DNA of 64,000 nt from Ramazzottius varieornatus (taxonomy: Eukaryota > Animalia > Tardigrada), in the NCBI GenBank assembly GCA_001949185.1, contig BDGG01000002.1, positions 1,981,826-2,045,825 on the forward strand, in the 5' to 3' direction. Position numbers and translations under genes: made by a program. The notes beneath the pieces were generated by a model. The model did not search any database. It was given only the letters and a program-made list of their open reading frames with translations, and was not told the origin of the DNA. This document shows positions 1 through 12,300 of this stretch, piece by piece. Each line of letters opens with the position of its first letter. The stretch's first letter is position 1.

Positions 1-372
1 TTAGCGATGTACCTGTCCGCCAGCTCGTGCGTCCACTCTCGTTCCTTCTTTCGGTTATTGGCATGGGTTATTCGTAATGATAGTTGTGGATGGCGCTTGA
101 GGAATCTTCGAAAGTGCTGATCGTTGAACGCTGTGTGGACGAGGCCTGGAAAAACAAAGGAAATCCATAAGAGCTGACCAAAATTCGAATATTACATTAA
201 AATTGGGATAAATCAGCTTACCAAGTCGACTGTTCATCTCAATGATTGCTGCGGCACAGTCTTGTCGGTTAGGGGGGATCCCAGTATCTTTACAGCTCAA
301 CAGTAAGTCTTTCGGGGCATTTTCTTCGTGGGGAGGAATTTTATGCTGTTTGACTTCTGGTGTGTCGACCAT
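1..372 (-). mobile_element. Degenerate pogo/Fot1/Tigger-like (Tc1-mariner superfamily) transposase fragment, CENP-B-type HTH region; runs off the window edge
   Basis: Splicing 222^145 (GT-AG) joins ...IPPHEENAPKDLLLSCKDTGIPPNRQDCAAAIIEM... to GLVHTAFNDQHFRRFLKRHPQLSLRITHANNRKK. RFLKRHPxLSxR is typical of pogo-family HTH domains. There is an apparent frameshift near position 45. Confidence 0.5.
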
Positions 373-883
373 TCAACCGATTGTCCAGCGTCTGCCGGTC
401 TACTCCGTGCGCCTCCGCAGTTTCCCGCATCCCCCATCTCATTTCTCTCACTGCATGAACCGCTGCTTGCATCGTTAACTGCGCATGGACCTCTAGTGCA
501 GTCTTCAACCAGAGACGCCATGTTTATTCCGACAGAGTTGATAACAAAACTGCGGTACGAAATGTGGCCTCGCAGTGAAAAGAATAACTTTCATTGTCAT
601 TGAAAACCGCGTCGCCAGCGCCTCTATTGGCCTCAGATTCAGTTCTGGTCCAGGCTCTCTAACATGGGGTTTGACAGTTTGCCGAACTGCGGATCTTGTG
701 CATGCATTGAAAACCTAAGCCCATCGCAAGAAGTACCATTCGACAGCCCGTCATTTTCTCTGGTGAATCATCCAAACATGTGTTAGAATATGTCAGATAG
801 AACGGGCGAAAACAGGTGGCTAACTCAATAACCTCTCCCTCGTACAGTTGCCGCCTACGGGCGACATGGACCGAAATGTAAGT

Positions 884-1381
884 ACGCCGACACGATTTCC
901 TCAACGAATCTCTTCGACGTGCTCTGGGGTCCTGTCAAGCCCACGCTGTCCTGGAACCTAACGGCGTGCCTCGTGACGACAGCAAGAAGCGCCCAGATGG
1001 TATGACATTGGCACCGTGGAGCGAAGGTAAGGCTTTAGTGTGGGATGTGACCTGTGCGGACACCCCGTGCGAGACCTACGTGGATGGATCACCGCAGAAC
1101 GCCGGCTAACAGGGCAGACGAACGCAAGAGTACGAAGTACCAAAGACTGCGAGGTACTTATTTTGTCTGTCCTGTCGGGTTTTAGATGTCTGGGACGCTT
1201 GGACCTGCAGCTTACAGCCTTCAGAAAGACATCGGAAGAAGGATGGCTGAACATACCGGGCCAGAGATCTTTTGAATTTTTACGTCGGCGAGTGAGCATT
1301 GATATTCAATGTGGTAATGCTGCGTCTGTTTTGGGAAATTTTCCCTCTTCCCGCGCACGTGGGCTCGAGGAAGTCTTTTGA
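884..1381 (+). mobile_element. 3' relic of a CRE/SLACS-like non-LTR retrotransposon (restriction-like endonuclease domain), disrupted
   Basis: Reads RRHDFLNESLRRAL...LEPNGVPRDDSKKRPDGMTLAPWSEGKALVWDVTCADT, then a stop/frameshift, then FLRRRVSIDIQCGNAASVLG. These are the RHxxxN, RPDG, WDVT and QxGNA motifs of RLE-type elements. Confidence 0.75.
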
Positions 1382-1487
1382 TTCTGAATGTGAGCAGCGA
1401 GATAGTCCAGCATATTTTTGGTGGTTGGATCCGCAGTACTTTGTTAGTTTCGGGTTATCTGTGGATTGGTTAGTCCACCAATTATCG

Positions 1488-3070
1488 AATCGAGAAAACC
1501 CATCGGCTGTATCGACTGGTTCTTGACGCACGAAGAGATGGAACAAGAAACCTCTCCTGTGGCTAGCGAAGTCCTACTTGCCTTTGGAGGTACCAGTAAA
1601 ACTTTATATCTGAGCCACTAAACTATCGAGTTTCAGCTATGAATCGATCTGGAAGTCCGGTAAACGAATATACACAAGGTGTATACGAATAACAATATGC
1701 CTTGGTGGAGCACTTTTGTGTCAGGATTGGCTGAAAACGTGCGCCACCGAAGGTAGACGACCTTGTACATTTCGTTTGCCGCCCCTCCATTTATCAATGT
1801 TGCATTACCCAGAATTTAGATCCATGTTTCGATGCTGTGCAGCAAACTATGATCATCGGTACGTGCAGAAGATCAGTTACGCGCCAATCTACGGACCTTC
1901 TTTCAAGCGGAACCGATAAAACCACGACTACTCTGCAGTGGCCTCCGTACTTTATGATCAGGTACCTGGCAATTCAAGCACGGTTGTATCAAGAAATCGA
2001 CGACCGGGTCGGCAGTTATGTTTCTCTTCCACGGGAAGATTGAGGTACAGTGCGATGACCCGACTGAGTTTCGAATAACCGTTGCAAGAGCAAGTTTTTG
2101 TTTTTTTGCGGATGTTTTACCGTTCCTGGAAACCACCATTGGTAAGTCCTAACACTTCGACAATGCAAATTCCGTTCGGTATCCTCCATCAGAGAAGTTG
2201 CACTTTGCGCAGTTGGTTTGACTGGACGACAGTTTGAACGGAACGACTGCATTGAGAAAAGTTTAAAAATGCAAATTTGTAATTCGGCTCGCGATTCACG
2301 AAACGAAGGGGGCTTCGTTCGCGAATCACGAAGAAGAACACCTGTGGATTGCAAACATGAACAAATCGCTCTCAGTAATGCCCTGGCTGGCCCGAAGCAG
2401 TGGGAAGCGTAATCGGTGCCCGGGTAACACAGGGCCTTCACGCCGGACAATCAGGCACTCAGATTTGCATTTGAGCCGGCTCTTTTTTAACTTGGTGAGC
2501 TAATAACTGCCGAACAAACCACCATGGCCAGCAGCGGTCGTTTGTCCCATCGTTTTTCTCAAACTCGCCCGCGTTGTGCAACACCTCAAAGCTTCCAGCG
2601 ATTGCTTTTATAAACTTCGATTTTCAAAATTAATTAGTTCTCGTTTGTTCAAACCATCTGCGCAAAGTGCAACTTCTCTGTTCAAACATGGCAGGAACGA
2701 CTCTTTCAGGTTATCGTGTCTCCAAAACGCTTTGTCATCTTGCCCAACTTCCTGGCCGTCAATATGGACCCAGCGTTATGGAAGAACCCGGATGTCTTCG
2801 AACCGGTGTGGTTCCTGAATGAGGCTGGTGTTATCTTTGAGCCGCCCTTCCTCATGCCACTTTCCATCGGGAAATGCACGTGTGCTGGCGCAATTCTAAC
2901 TCGCATGCATATATGGTGGTCCATTTATTGTTCGCTAACCTCCTGCAGCGTTTCGAGTTCACCGTGCTGAAGCACACAACAAAAGCCTTCCTCCAGAGTC
3001 CATCCCTTACCTGACTAACAATATGTCATGCCGTTCGCTGCCTTTCAAAATCCGCACTGTTCCTCGGTAA
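1488..3070 (+). pseudogene. Cytochrome P450 (CYP2-clan-like) pseudogene, C-terminal half, frameshifted and interrupted by a MITE
   Basis: I/J-helix remnant DLLSSGTDKTTTTLQW...IQARLYQEIDDRVG (~1894-2016). PFGILH|SNMAGTTLSGYRVSK is split by an insertion at 2190-2680. PERF region degenerate (DPALWKNPDVFEPVWF). Heme motif degenerate (MPLSIGKCTCAG). Several frameshifts. Confidence 0.75.
2190..2680. mobile_element. Non-autonomous TIR element (MITE), 491 bp, inserted in the CYP exon
   Basis: 32-bp terminal inverted repeats: CAGAGAAGTTGCACTTTGCGCAGTTGGTTTGA (2190-2221) and its reverse complement at 2649-2680, 1 mismatch. No clear TSD. Confidence 0.8.
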
Positions 3071-3737
3071 ACGCCTGATCGACTTCATACTTCTGTTTAT
3101 CAGCCCTGCAGGAAATCAATTGGCGTTCGTTCACTGCGAATAACACCTCGCGGCCTCGGCTGTAATACAGTATATTAACTCTTCCACCTCAGTGTCAAAC
3201 TACCGGCGCCGCAGGCCTGACGTCGACTCGCAGAGCGCAGCATTTATTGGGACCTCGCTGTTGTCCCACGGTCAGGAAAGAAGACAGTAAGCGTTACCGG
3301 TCACAGGGGATGAGACTATGTACTCCAGCCAGCTGTACTAAGTGTTGCTGGACTTTACTATTAACAATAAATCGGCGGATTTTCAGTTGGTAGGGCGCAG
3401 ATTTAAGTGGCAACTAGTAATTCATGCTCAGGCGGTCGATAACTGGAAATTTGCACCATATGAGGGTGGTTCTGCTTGCACCACCGTAAAGAGGAGTCTG
3501 ATCGAGCCACCTTTTGATGATGAAAAAACCGCCCGAGCCCAGCAGCTGTCTGATACGCGCAATATCATGGACTGAAGTACACTGAAGTACTGAGAGTCAG
3601 AGTGAGAGGAAACCACTTACGGAGATGAAGTTCCGGGGCTTACTTGGCGGGGATGATTAAACCAAGATAACGAGATCTTAAATCGCTTCCTTGCTCGCTT
3701 GTTGGTATAAAGCTGTGAATCACGTTTGTTCCGTGGT

Positions 3738-4743
3738 ATGGAAGAAAACAAGTTGCGAATCGTGATGTTCCTTGGAAGTGTACGCGAAGGACGACTGGCC
3801 GACCGGGTCAAGCTTTTTCTCGAGCAGGTTCTACGCGAGCGAAACCACCAAGTGATGGTCCTTGGTAATACTCTGCCGATCTGATTGCAGTGTGGCATGA
3901 ATATGCTGATGCAATGTCCGTCCTTTCATTAATATTGCAGATCCAAAGGAGCTGCAGTTGGGTTCCGTGAGGCAGCCCGTCAATTTTTACAGGAGGCCTG
4001 CGGACGCGCCGGATGTCCTGCACCAGCTGAACAAAGCAGTTCAAGATGCCGATGCTTTCATCGTTGTTGCGGCAGAGTACAATTCAGCAATCAGCCCGGC
4101 ATTGTGCGCTATGATGGACCACTTTCCACCTTTGTCGTAAGCGGCTCCTGAAACTGTTTCGGTAGATCTTGCTATAATGGTAAACTTCGAGCTGTCACTC
4201 GAAGAGCGCTCTTCTTTTTACTTATTCCAGCTATGCGTGCCGACCGAGCGCCATCGTCACCTACTCTATGGGTTTGTCCCTGTTGGACCGGTACACATAA
4301 AGAGCTAAAGACTAAGCCTTCTGTTTGATATGCTTCAGGGCAATTTGGAGGATTACGAGCAGCAACGCAATTGCGCCAGTATCTGTCGGAATTGTTGACC
4401 ATCCATATGCCAAACATGCTCAGTATCCCTGTTCGCACTATATTTGTACCATATGCTTACACAAAGGGTATCATTAGATTTTTTCGACTTTATAGCTATC
4501 TCGAACGTTCACCAGACATTGAGCGAAAATGGCGAATCAACTGACGACGGCGTACTGCGACAAGCCACTAACCGGATGTTGGGGGACCTGGAGTGGTACG
4601 CCAGAGCTCTCCAGAAGGAGAAACAGGTTTGCCGAGAGTTTTTATCACTTTATGCAACATCAGCACACGGCAGTATAATGTTTACAACACGGTGTTGAGT
4701 CAGGAATTTCCTTTCATCGTAGATATCGAACTCGCCAGGATAA
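3738..4743 (+). CDS. NAD(P)H-dependent FMN reductase / quinone reductase (flavodoxin-like fold), ~6 exons
   Basis: Exons ~3738-3864, 3941-4136, 4231-4271, 4339-4422, 4496-4626, plus probable 4723-4743 (alternatively read-through to stop 4698). Motifs FLGSVREGR, ADAFIVVAAEYNSAISPAL and YSMGQFGGLRA. Confidence 0.85.
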
Positions 4744-4974
4744 AGAAGACTGCCACGATTATACAGTACATTCGTAAGGTAGATCCCGCGAAGTTCGCTG
4801 AGGAACCACGTACACAAAACACGCACTGTTGCTAGCCGAACTATACGGTACTGCACCTACGCTCTTTAGTGCACCTGATTAGAACCTTCGTATACGTACC
4901 CCGCAGGCAGTTCAGGATATTTACTCAAAGAAAGCTACAACATCCGTTTTTGCATTGCCGTTGGTAGTACTATT

Positions 4975-5043
4975 ACTGGCCATGGTATCAATAGAATGCT
5001 TAGCACATTGTCAGGCGACCTGGGTTCCATTCCCGGCCAGCGC
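4975..5043 (+). pseudogene. tRNA-derived (Gly-like) pseudogene or SINE head
   Basis: T-arm/B-box-like CTGGGTTCCATTCCCGGCCAGCGC followed by a T5 run (5050-5054). D-arm and anticodon arm are not recognisably intact. Confidence 0.3.
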
Positions 5044-5216
5044 CCTGCCTTTTTCGCAACAAAATAAACAAAACTAGCCGTCTTCCAGATTTATTTCGGT
5101 TGACCCTCTAGTAAGATACTAAGAGAGCATTATGAGGGGTTCTGGCCAACCATCGCGGCGAGGTTCGCTCCGTGGTAATAGTTATTCATTTTAATCTTCT
5201 TGGGCGTGGTCAGGTA

Positions 5217-8200
5217 TCATTCGCGCACGCTTGACGACGAGAGCCAGAAAGTTTCTATCTCTCCCTTTCCCTAAAAAAGCACAACCGCTGTACCTTTCTG
5301 AAATGGCAAAATACGCCATCTTCCACGTCTGGAATAAAAAAGGCCGATAATCAGTAGTACAAGGACGGTACCTTGATCGCGATGAGACCGCGCGACCGGA
5401 AAAGAAACTGATTGCTGTATGCCGCGTCCGCCTTTTCCAGCTCATTCACAATCGCGTGTGTGGAAGGGCTGACGTGAATTCGGGAAGCTGGAACACAGAT
5501 CGGGATTACAGTCTCGCAGAAAGATTAGGCTCGGAATCAAGCTCAAAACACTGTGCATTCAGCTACACCAACCTTCGCCGTGGGATTCCATTCGGCTAGC
5601 GGTGTTCATGGTATCCCCAAACCTGTAGTCGTCTCACACTTGAGAAAGTTTTTCGGTAACTGCTGTGTATACGGTTTATCAATAAGTCTTACAGGCAGTA
5701 ACGAGGCATCCGAGTTCCCACTACGCCTATTGAACAGAAAACCAATTTAAAGACCGGAAAGTAAAGTGTGAACGGTTTTCATGTTGAGTGGCGCACATTT
5801 GCATTCCTTTTGGCTGAAAGCATGCGCCACATGAAACAATAATGTACTAGTACGCTTCTTCTGCCGTCTGCCGGTGTCCAATTTTTGAAGCTTGATCGGA
5901 GCGTCTCTTACTACGTAGTGGTACAGTTACCTGCTGCAATGCATCCCGAGCTGATACCAATACGAGGCTGTGCCTGGAGATACTGCGGTTCCTGTGGAAT
6001 GGAGACAAGGTCTAGTGCTAACCGAGAGATTTCCCAGCCATGCTTCGATCCGTTTCGGGTTGGAACGCCACTGACCACCTAGAAAAAGCGCACACATGCT
6101 TACTGCAAGAGATCGAGTACACGTGCCTGGCCTAAATCTGGGGATGGACAAAAATGTGGGGAACGGAGCGAAAGCGACACGGGCCAGCTGTGCTTGACCA
6201 ATCAACTAGATCGATCGAAGCACAGTCGCTTTCGCTCCGTTCCCCACATTTTTGTCCATCCCCAGATTTAGGCCAGGCGCGTATACACCAAGAACTCTAT
6301 TGAACAAAGGACCGAAACATCTTACCACATATGAGTCGTTTATAGTTTCAACTTTGTACACGTCGTAACCCTGTACCACACGATCGAAATAGGAATGAAT
6401 ACTGTTGAGGAAGACCACGATGCCCATCGGTGGGTGTTCAGATACCAGCTGCCCAAACGAGGGAATGTCGCTGAATAAGACCGTTGCACATTCGAAAAAC
6501 TCGGGTATCACAACCTGTCGATTTCGCAACCGGGATATTATTGACCTTCAATAGAAACAACACGTCGGATCACTCTGGAAGCTGAGAAATCGGCAAACAA
6601 ATTCAACCAGATGGCTTCCCTCAGTGGCGCACTTTTCAAGTGATATTGACTGGAAGTATACGTCACTTCGCTCGATCCTGCAGACTTACGCAGGCAGCAT
6701 CTCGCGAAGAAGTAAATCAACCTTGCCCATCTCAACCCCGAGTTCCTCCGAGCGAAGATGCACCGTTTCCTCCAGGTCTTGCGCGTGTTTGCCAAGCCGA
6801 CTCAGCAACAGATCTACAATGTTGTTTTGCCGAGGGAACATCCTGTCCATTTCGCTTCGTATCTTTGCTATGCTAGCGCTTGGAGCAGGAGTGGCGTGGC
6901 ACTTTGAAATGATGTCCAGATACGATATCGGTATTTCCTGAATATCCGCGCAGATACATTGTAATATCGCTCCCAGCTCGTGAACGTCTTTGTTCTGGTA
7001 TTGAAAATGACTGTTCGACTTTTTTGGGTTTTGCAAACGCGTAGTACCGACTCCTGTAATTCGAAGTGTATATCGGTTGTTCATCAGGCAGACTTCGGGA
7101 GTGAGATGGCCGTGGTAGTGTACAGGCGAGTGATGGATATAGTAAAGTCCTTCAATAAGGCTCGTAGCGAAAACCATGCGGATATCAAAGTCGAAAAAGA
7201 TGGAGTCACAGTTTGTAGACAGCACTGTAGCCAACGTTCCTTTTACATCGGCTTCGAACACGGCATACCACTCGGTTCGGTCAAAGGTCAGTCCGTAGAA
7301 GGTTGCGATGTTCGGATGGCTCAACTGCGACACCTGTAGGTGACCCATGAAATTACAGCTCCCTGAATTTCTGCGTGAGAGTTTGAGGTAAATCCATTCA
7401 TACCGCGATTAGAATGCTCTGTAGCTCAATGTGGTACAATGGATGCCGGGAATTTCCGAATAGATTCTGTTCCGTGCTGGAGGTTACTTTCATCAGCTCC
7501 ACTTCCTGGTTTCGGTAAGACCAGTTTCTCGAAATCTTCGTTCCATAGGTCTCCTCGATTGCACTGCGTTCGATCATGAGATGCTCAACTAATCTTTTCC
7601 TGTACTTTCTCCTACAATGGGCATTCTGCTTTTAAATTACCATGCAATCGATCACCAATGCTGTACCAACTGGGGCGGCAACCCCTGCTCACCGTGCGGC
7701 CCAGAACCCAACACAAAGCAGAAGGACCACGAAGACCGCCACGACAACTATGGCGATAAACAAATCTGGTGAACGCGTGACAAAGCACTTTTCGCCGTGA
7801 TCACCGCAGAGGGGAAAATCTCCTGGCAGGAAGGTCATATCGAACCAGCTATCTGTCAGCACGATCATTTCACCAGTTTTCGGATGGATTCGCAGGACAG
7901 TCTGCAAACAGAATTCATCAAATTTGAGTAGACTGCTGAAATTACTGTAAATATTTGCTGCTATCGCGCAGCGCGTCACCGGGAAGTACAGCCAGCTCCC
8001 CTTTTGCGGCGTACGCAGACCCCGACAGGGTGCGTCGTTACCTCTGTGTGCGTACTGCGCGATAGCATCAAATATGTACACCGTGTACGGTTCTGTAAAT
8101 TTCCTTCCTCTCTTCCCGTTGCATCATACATCGTAAAAGGCGGTGGTGGCGTTCAGCCTTTTGACAGGGACCAAAGCGATCATGGTTCCAACAGGGTCGA

Positions 8201-10872
8201 GATAGACTGATCGTGTTGGCAGGTCGTAGGTATGGTTCGCAAAAGCCATCACAAAATCCGCAATGGTCATACTGCCGAAGTTTTCCCAAGTCCTTCGAAA
8301 GACCTGTCAACGACAAATAAACGAGCCGGTCAAATAAAAGATGGCACAGAATGAGCTTGTTGTATTGTTTATTCTGTCACATGTGTTCAGTATTGCCTTA
8401 CATCGGAAAAGATCAGAAACATCTCGTACGTCCGAATCGGGCCGTCATTGTTCTACATCAAAACCACCAGATTACAATTATAAGTAACTCTTCTCGCTGT
8501 ATAAGTGAACGTTGAGAAAGACCATAAAGGTCACTTACAGTTTCATTTAAGGGAACGTGCCAGCCATATCTCTCTGCAAAAAGGTCGTTGATTTGTTGCA
8601 AGAAATCAGTGGAGCCATTCCAGTCAACAACGCCATCGGAAATAATGAGGAGCGACTGGAAAGCTTGCAGCGCCATCTGTAGCAAGCATACAGTATATTC
8701 AATTAACACTAAAATGACTGTTAGAGAAATCTCTGGTAATCCTGCCTCGTCGTTTCCGTCGTCAGCTCGCCAGTACACCGCATCTTGAGCGGGAACGCCC
8801 TGGATACCGCAAGACATAAAAACCTAGAAAATACAGTAGAAATTTGAGACGGAAATTTGAGAGCCTCTCTACGTATTTCTGTACGATTTTTCCACAGTAC
8901 ATGTTTTCCATCCGTCATATTTTCCTTTCTGGCCGCTATCTGCGAATTGAACCAGCAGTCAGTGAACGGCTCCGACAGTACTGCTGGACATCAGGTAAGA
9001 TCAGTATTGCTCAAAATTACCATAAAATCTCTCAGCAAGCTGGGATACAGAAGAACGAAGCTGACTGTAACGGTACGGCATGTGAGAATCAACTCGCACA
9101 AGGAAGAATATACCGAAAAGGACGACATTCCACAAAACCAAGCATTTACCTCGGACGGTTTTGGCGGTGGTCAGAGCTTCCTCGAAAGAAGTACTGTTTG
9201 TCACATCGATGTAAGATTGTACCAGAAGGACATTGCTGCTGCGCGTATGCTGCAGAGTACCCGGGACACGGGCACAAATGTTGCTTGTGAAAGATCGACC
9301 ATTGGTCTGGCAGACGAGATGCAGTGTTTGCCAGCCATACTTTTGCGCCATGAATGCCAGACAGTAAATAAAGTAATCGTCCGGTGTGCCGAACAAGTTG
9401 ATTACCGAAGGATACCTCTGGTTATTGGCAAACTCGTTGTTAGGCGCGGTTGACATCAGGACCACTCCAGGCAACTCTATCGACAACCATAAGTAGGACA
9501 CTTGTTGGGAAAATTAAAAAAACCCTTCAGTACAGCGTACCTTGAACAAAATTAGCTGCTTCGTGCAGGACATCCATACAATCTGGACAAGAGATATCAC
9601 AGATTACGCACGATACGTTCTTTGGAGTCTGAATCCAGGGACAAATGAAGTGGTCATGCACCAATACTGTTAGCTTAGGGGGAGTAAATTTGATTGCAGT
9701 AGATACATAGGGGGTTCAATAAGTTGTAAGGCACAGTCCCCTTGAAAGTACTATTTTCAAGAGCGCGCTTCTAACAGATAGACCATTTTCTCTAACCATT
9801 ATCCTCAAAAGATGAGGTACCTAGCACTCGAACAGAAGGAGAAATAATTTTTTGAAAAGATGCAAAAACCTGTTTTCCGATTTTCCTCGTAAACTCGCGC
9901 ATTTCGTAAGGTTATTCTCGCGTTATACACGTCGATCGTGAAAATGCAGTTTCTCGAATATCTGGGATGAATAATTTTTTAGCGCTTCGACAATTACTAA
10001 CTAGAGTGTGAAGAGAACACAGAATGAGAGCTTACTTTCACCAGAAACAGAAACACGGTGGAGGAAACAGAATAGTTTTCAAAATCCAGCTGGTGATCCG
10101 GTAGCGCACCAGCCGGTTTTTCCCCGTTTCACTTGAGCACTTTCGCTTTGTCTAAAAATGAAATTTCTTCTCGATCTGGACAGCGGTCAGGCTTGACTGC
10201 CTTCCGCTCAAGCTAGTCACTAGCCATCCATCTTCCATCCAGAGCTGAAGTCAAACTCAAACGTACAATCGGGAAGAAACTACATAACTTCTTCTAGAAC
10301 ATAAAGCCCTAAATAACCTTCCTTCTTATACCTTACAAGATGTTATCAACGAATGACTTCCCAGCCTAAGTTCTTATGGTGCCGTATCGTTCATGGGTTA
10401 ACCTATACTCGAGCAAAAATTGCGGAGATCGAACGACCACAGAATTTCTGGTAATACAGCTTCAAAACTTAATGAACCTCCATGTACCTGGGGTGTTTAG
10501 GAGGATAATCTGCTCGCTTAGCGGTCGGTTGAATAATTCTCGATTGCTAAAGTAGTACTTGAAGAAGTATTCAGATACATCGGCAGAAACGTCCATACAC
10601 CTGCTGTGGTCTTTGCCGAGGAAGTTGGGACCATGATGCAAGGCCTCGCTATCCCCGTTCGAAGATTCGTAACGCAGGTGAACATGGGTTGTGTTGCCCA
10701 GACTATACTGGTGGTCCTGATAAATCCGGTCCAGAATAACGTCATACACGGGTTCGGCGGCCAAGTAACCATCTCGACCGGCTTCCTGCATGGTCAAACT
10801 CAAAAACACCACTTGCGGTATGCCGTGTGTGGTCATCAAAAGTGCGACAAGCTGGAAGATCCACAGAATCAT
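5217..10872 (-). CDS. Receptor (membrane) guanylyl cyclase, NPR-like: signal peptide, extracellular ligand-binding domain, TM, degenerate kinase-homology domain, cyclase
   Basis: Signal peptide MILWIFQLVALLMTTHG; TM LFIAIVVVAVFVVLLLCVGFWAA; kinase-like HPNIATFYG; cyclase [40 protein letters not shown], C-terminal KGKGEIETFWL, stop at 5217. Multi-exon. Confidence 0.9.
5785..5833. repeat. Intronic palindrome family copy (guanylyl cyclase intron)
   Basis: TGAGTGGCGCAC-N25-ATGCGCCACATG. Confidence 0.75.
6118..6285. mobile_element. Foldback/MITE-like element in a guanylyl cyclase intron
   Basis: Arms 6118-6178 and 6225-6285 are ~60-bp inverted repeats with 2 mismatches, TA at both ends, and a short internal CTGTGCTT/AAGCACAG inverted pair. 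Confidence 0.85.
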
Positions 10873-11023
10873 TTTTCGGCTGAGTTACACCCGAGCAACT
10901 GCAGGAATGTGTTCCGCCTAAGCAACTATCCCAATGTGAGGCGTGCAGTCGGTCTTGAAATGGCACGAAGTAAAGCCGAACATTGCGATCCTTTCGAGCT
11001 TCCAGCGTCAAGTGCACTTCAGT

Positions 11024-11311
11024 TACTGTACTCCCGCGATACACACGCCATACTTCCCTCTGTATTAGGAAAAGTAGTACTGCAAGTAAAAAAGTACCGT
11101 AGCGTTAACTGAGCTGATTGTCTGATCAGCTTGTTCTCAGCTTGTTCTTCGATCGAAGAGAACAGTGGTGACGAAGTGGCGGAAGATTCCTCTTTAGAGT
11201 ACAGCTTTTCGACTGATTATTGATTCAATAAAGTTCAAATTTTCTGCCCCCGGGAGGTGCACATTCCTGACGTACGTACGAGTATGGCGTGTGTATCGCG
11301 GGAGTACAGTA
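11024..11311. mobile_element. MITE (TA-ended, Tc1/mariner-type), 288 bp, ~150 bp upstream of the guanylyl cyclase ATG
   Basis: Perfect 31-bp inverted repeats: TACTGTACTCCCGCGATACACACGCCATACT (11024-11054) and 11281-11311. Confidence 0.85.
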
Positions 11312-12300
11312 GTTAAGCATTGAGCTTAGCCAGAAAGCAGCGTGTTTGTTCACCTGAAAGAGGTTTCAGTTGTCGGGAGTATTCCCGTACATTGTCTATC
11401 GGGAAAGCCGCCGGTAATCCACTCCTGAAGATGGATGTCAACCCGGAAGCCAGAGCAAACATTCCCCCTTTGTGCCACTAGGTATGGCCGGTCGGTAAGG
11501 CCGTAGGCACACAACAGATGAAAAGCGCAGTATCCGTATTTTACATAAATCGTACTTTCGGTTCTGCAACATCCGGCATCTCGAGTCCTGACAAACTCTG
11601 CTGCAATTTTATCATCGTTCTCACTTTTCTTTCAAGGCTCTGGGAAACGCAGGAGCATAACGATCAAGGCCAGTTCATATGAAAATATCGAACGATCGAT
11701 CAGTTCCGAACTTCCGGAAAAGGGCAGTTTGTAAATCACGTGATCCACACTAGAAGCTCCTTAGAAGTGATACCTGATCCATCTGCCCACACACGTTTTT
11801 GCCGAATTAATGTTATATCATAAACGCTCTTGTAGAGAACTGAAAACCTGAAAGCTAAAACCGAACGTCCGCGGGAGGAAAGCCCAGATTATTCAATCAT
11901 CACCACTAGAGCGCCATCTGCCGGCGAGCGCTGGTTGACGACGTCACGGTATTCTGCACGATGACGCAGCGAGACACATGGTCCATGCCATGCGGTCCTC
12001 CCTGCCGAACAATTCCGATGGAAAGAAAAGAGGCTTGGTGAGCTGTAGCATGTATCAGCTTGAGATCGCGCATTTGGAATTTTCCCAAGGTGGAAGTATT
12101 CTATGGGGCTTTACAAAAGGTGCCGCACTCATCCACGTTATCTGCTGGAAGAAGTTCGCAGAACCTCAAGATGTTCCTCATGTTTATCCCAGATCTCCTG
12201 AGAACAGAAATATCGCATTCGTAGAAATCTTCTTGTCTTGCAGGTTGGCAAATCGGGGAAGAAGAGCTGAAGGAGAGTGATTTACACGATATTCGGCATC

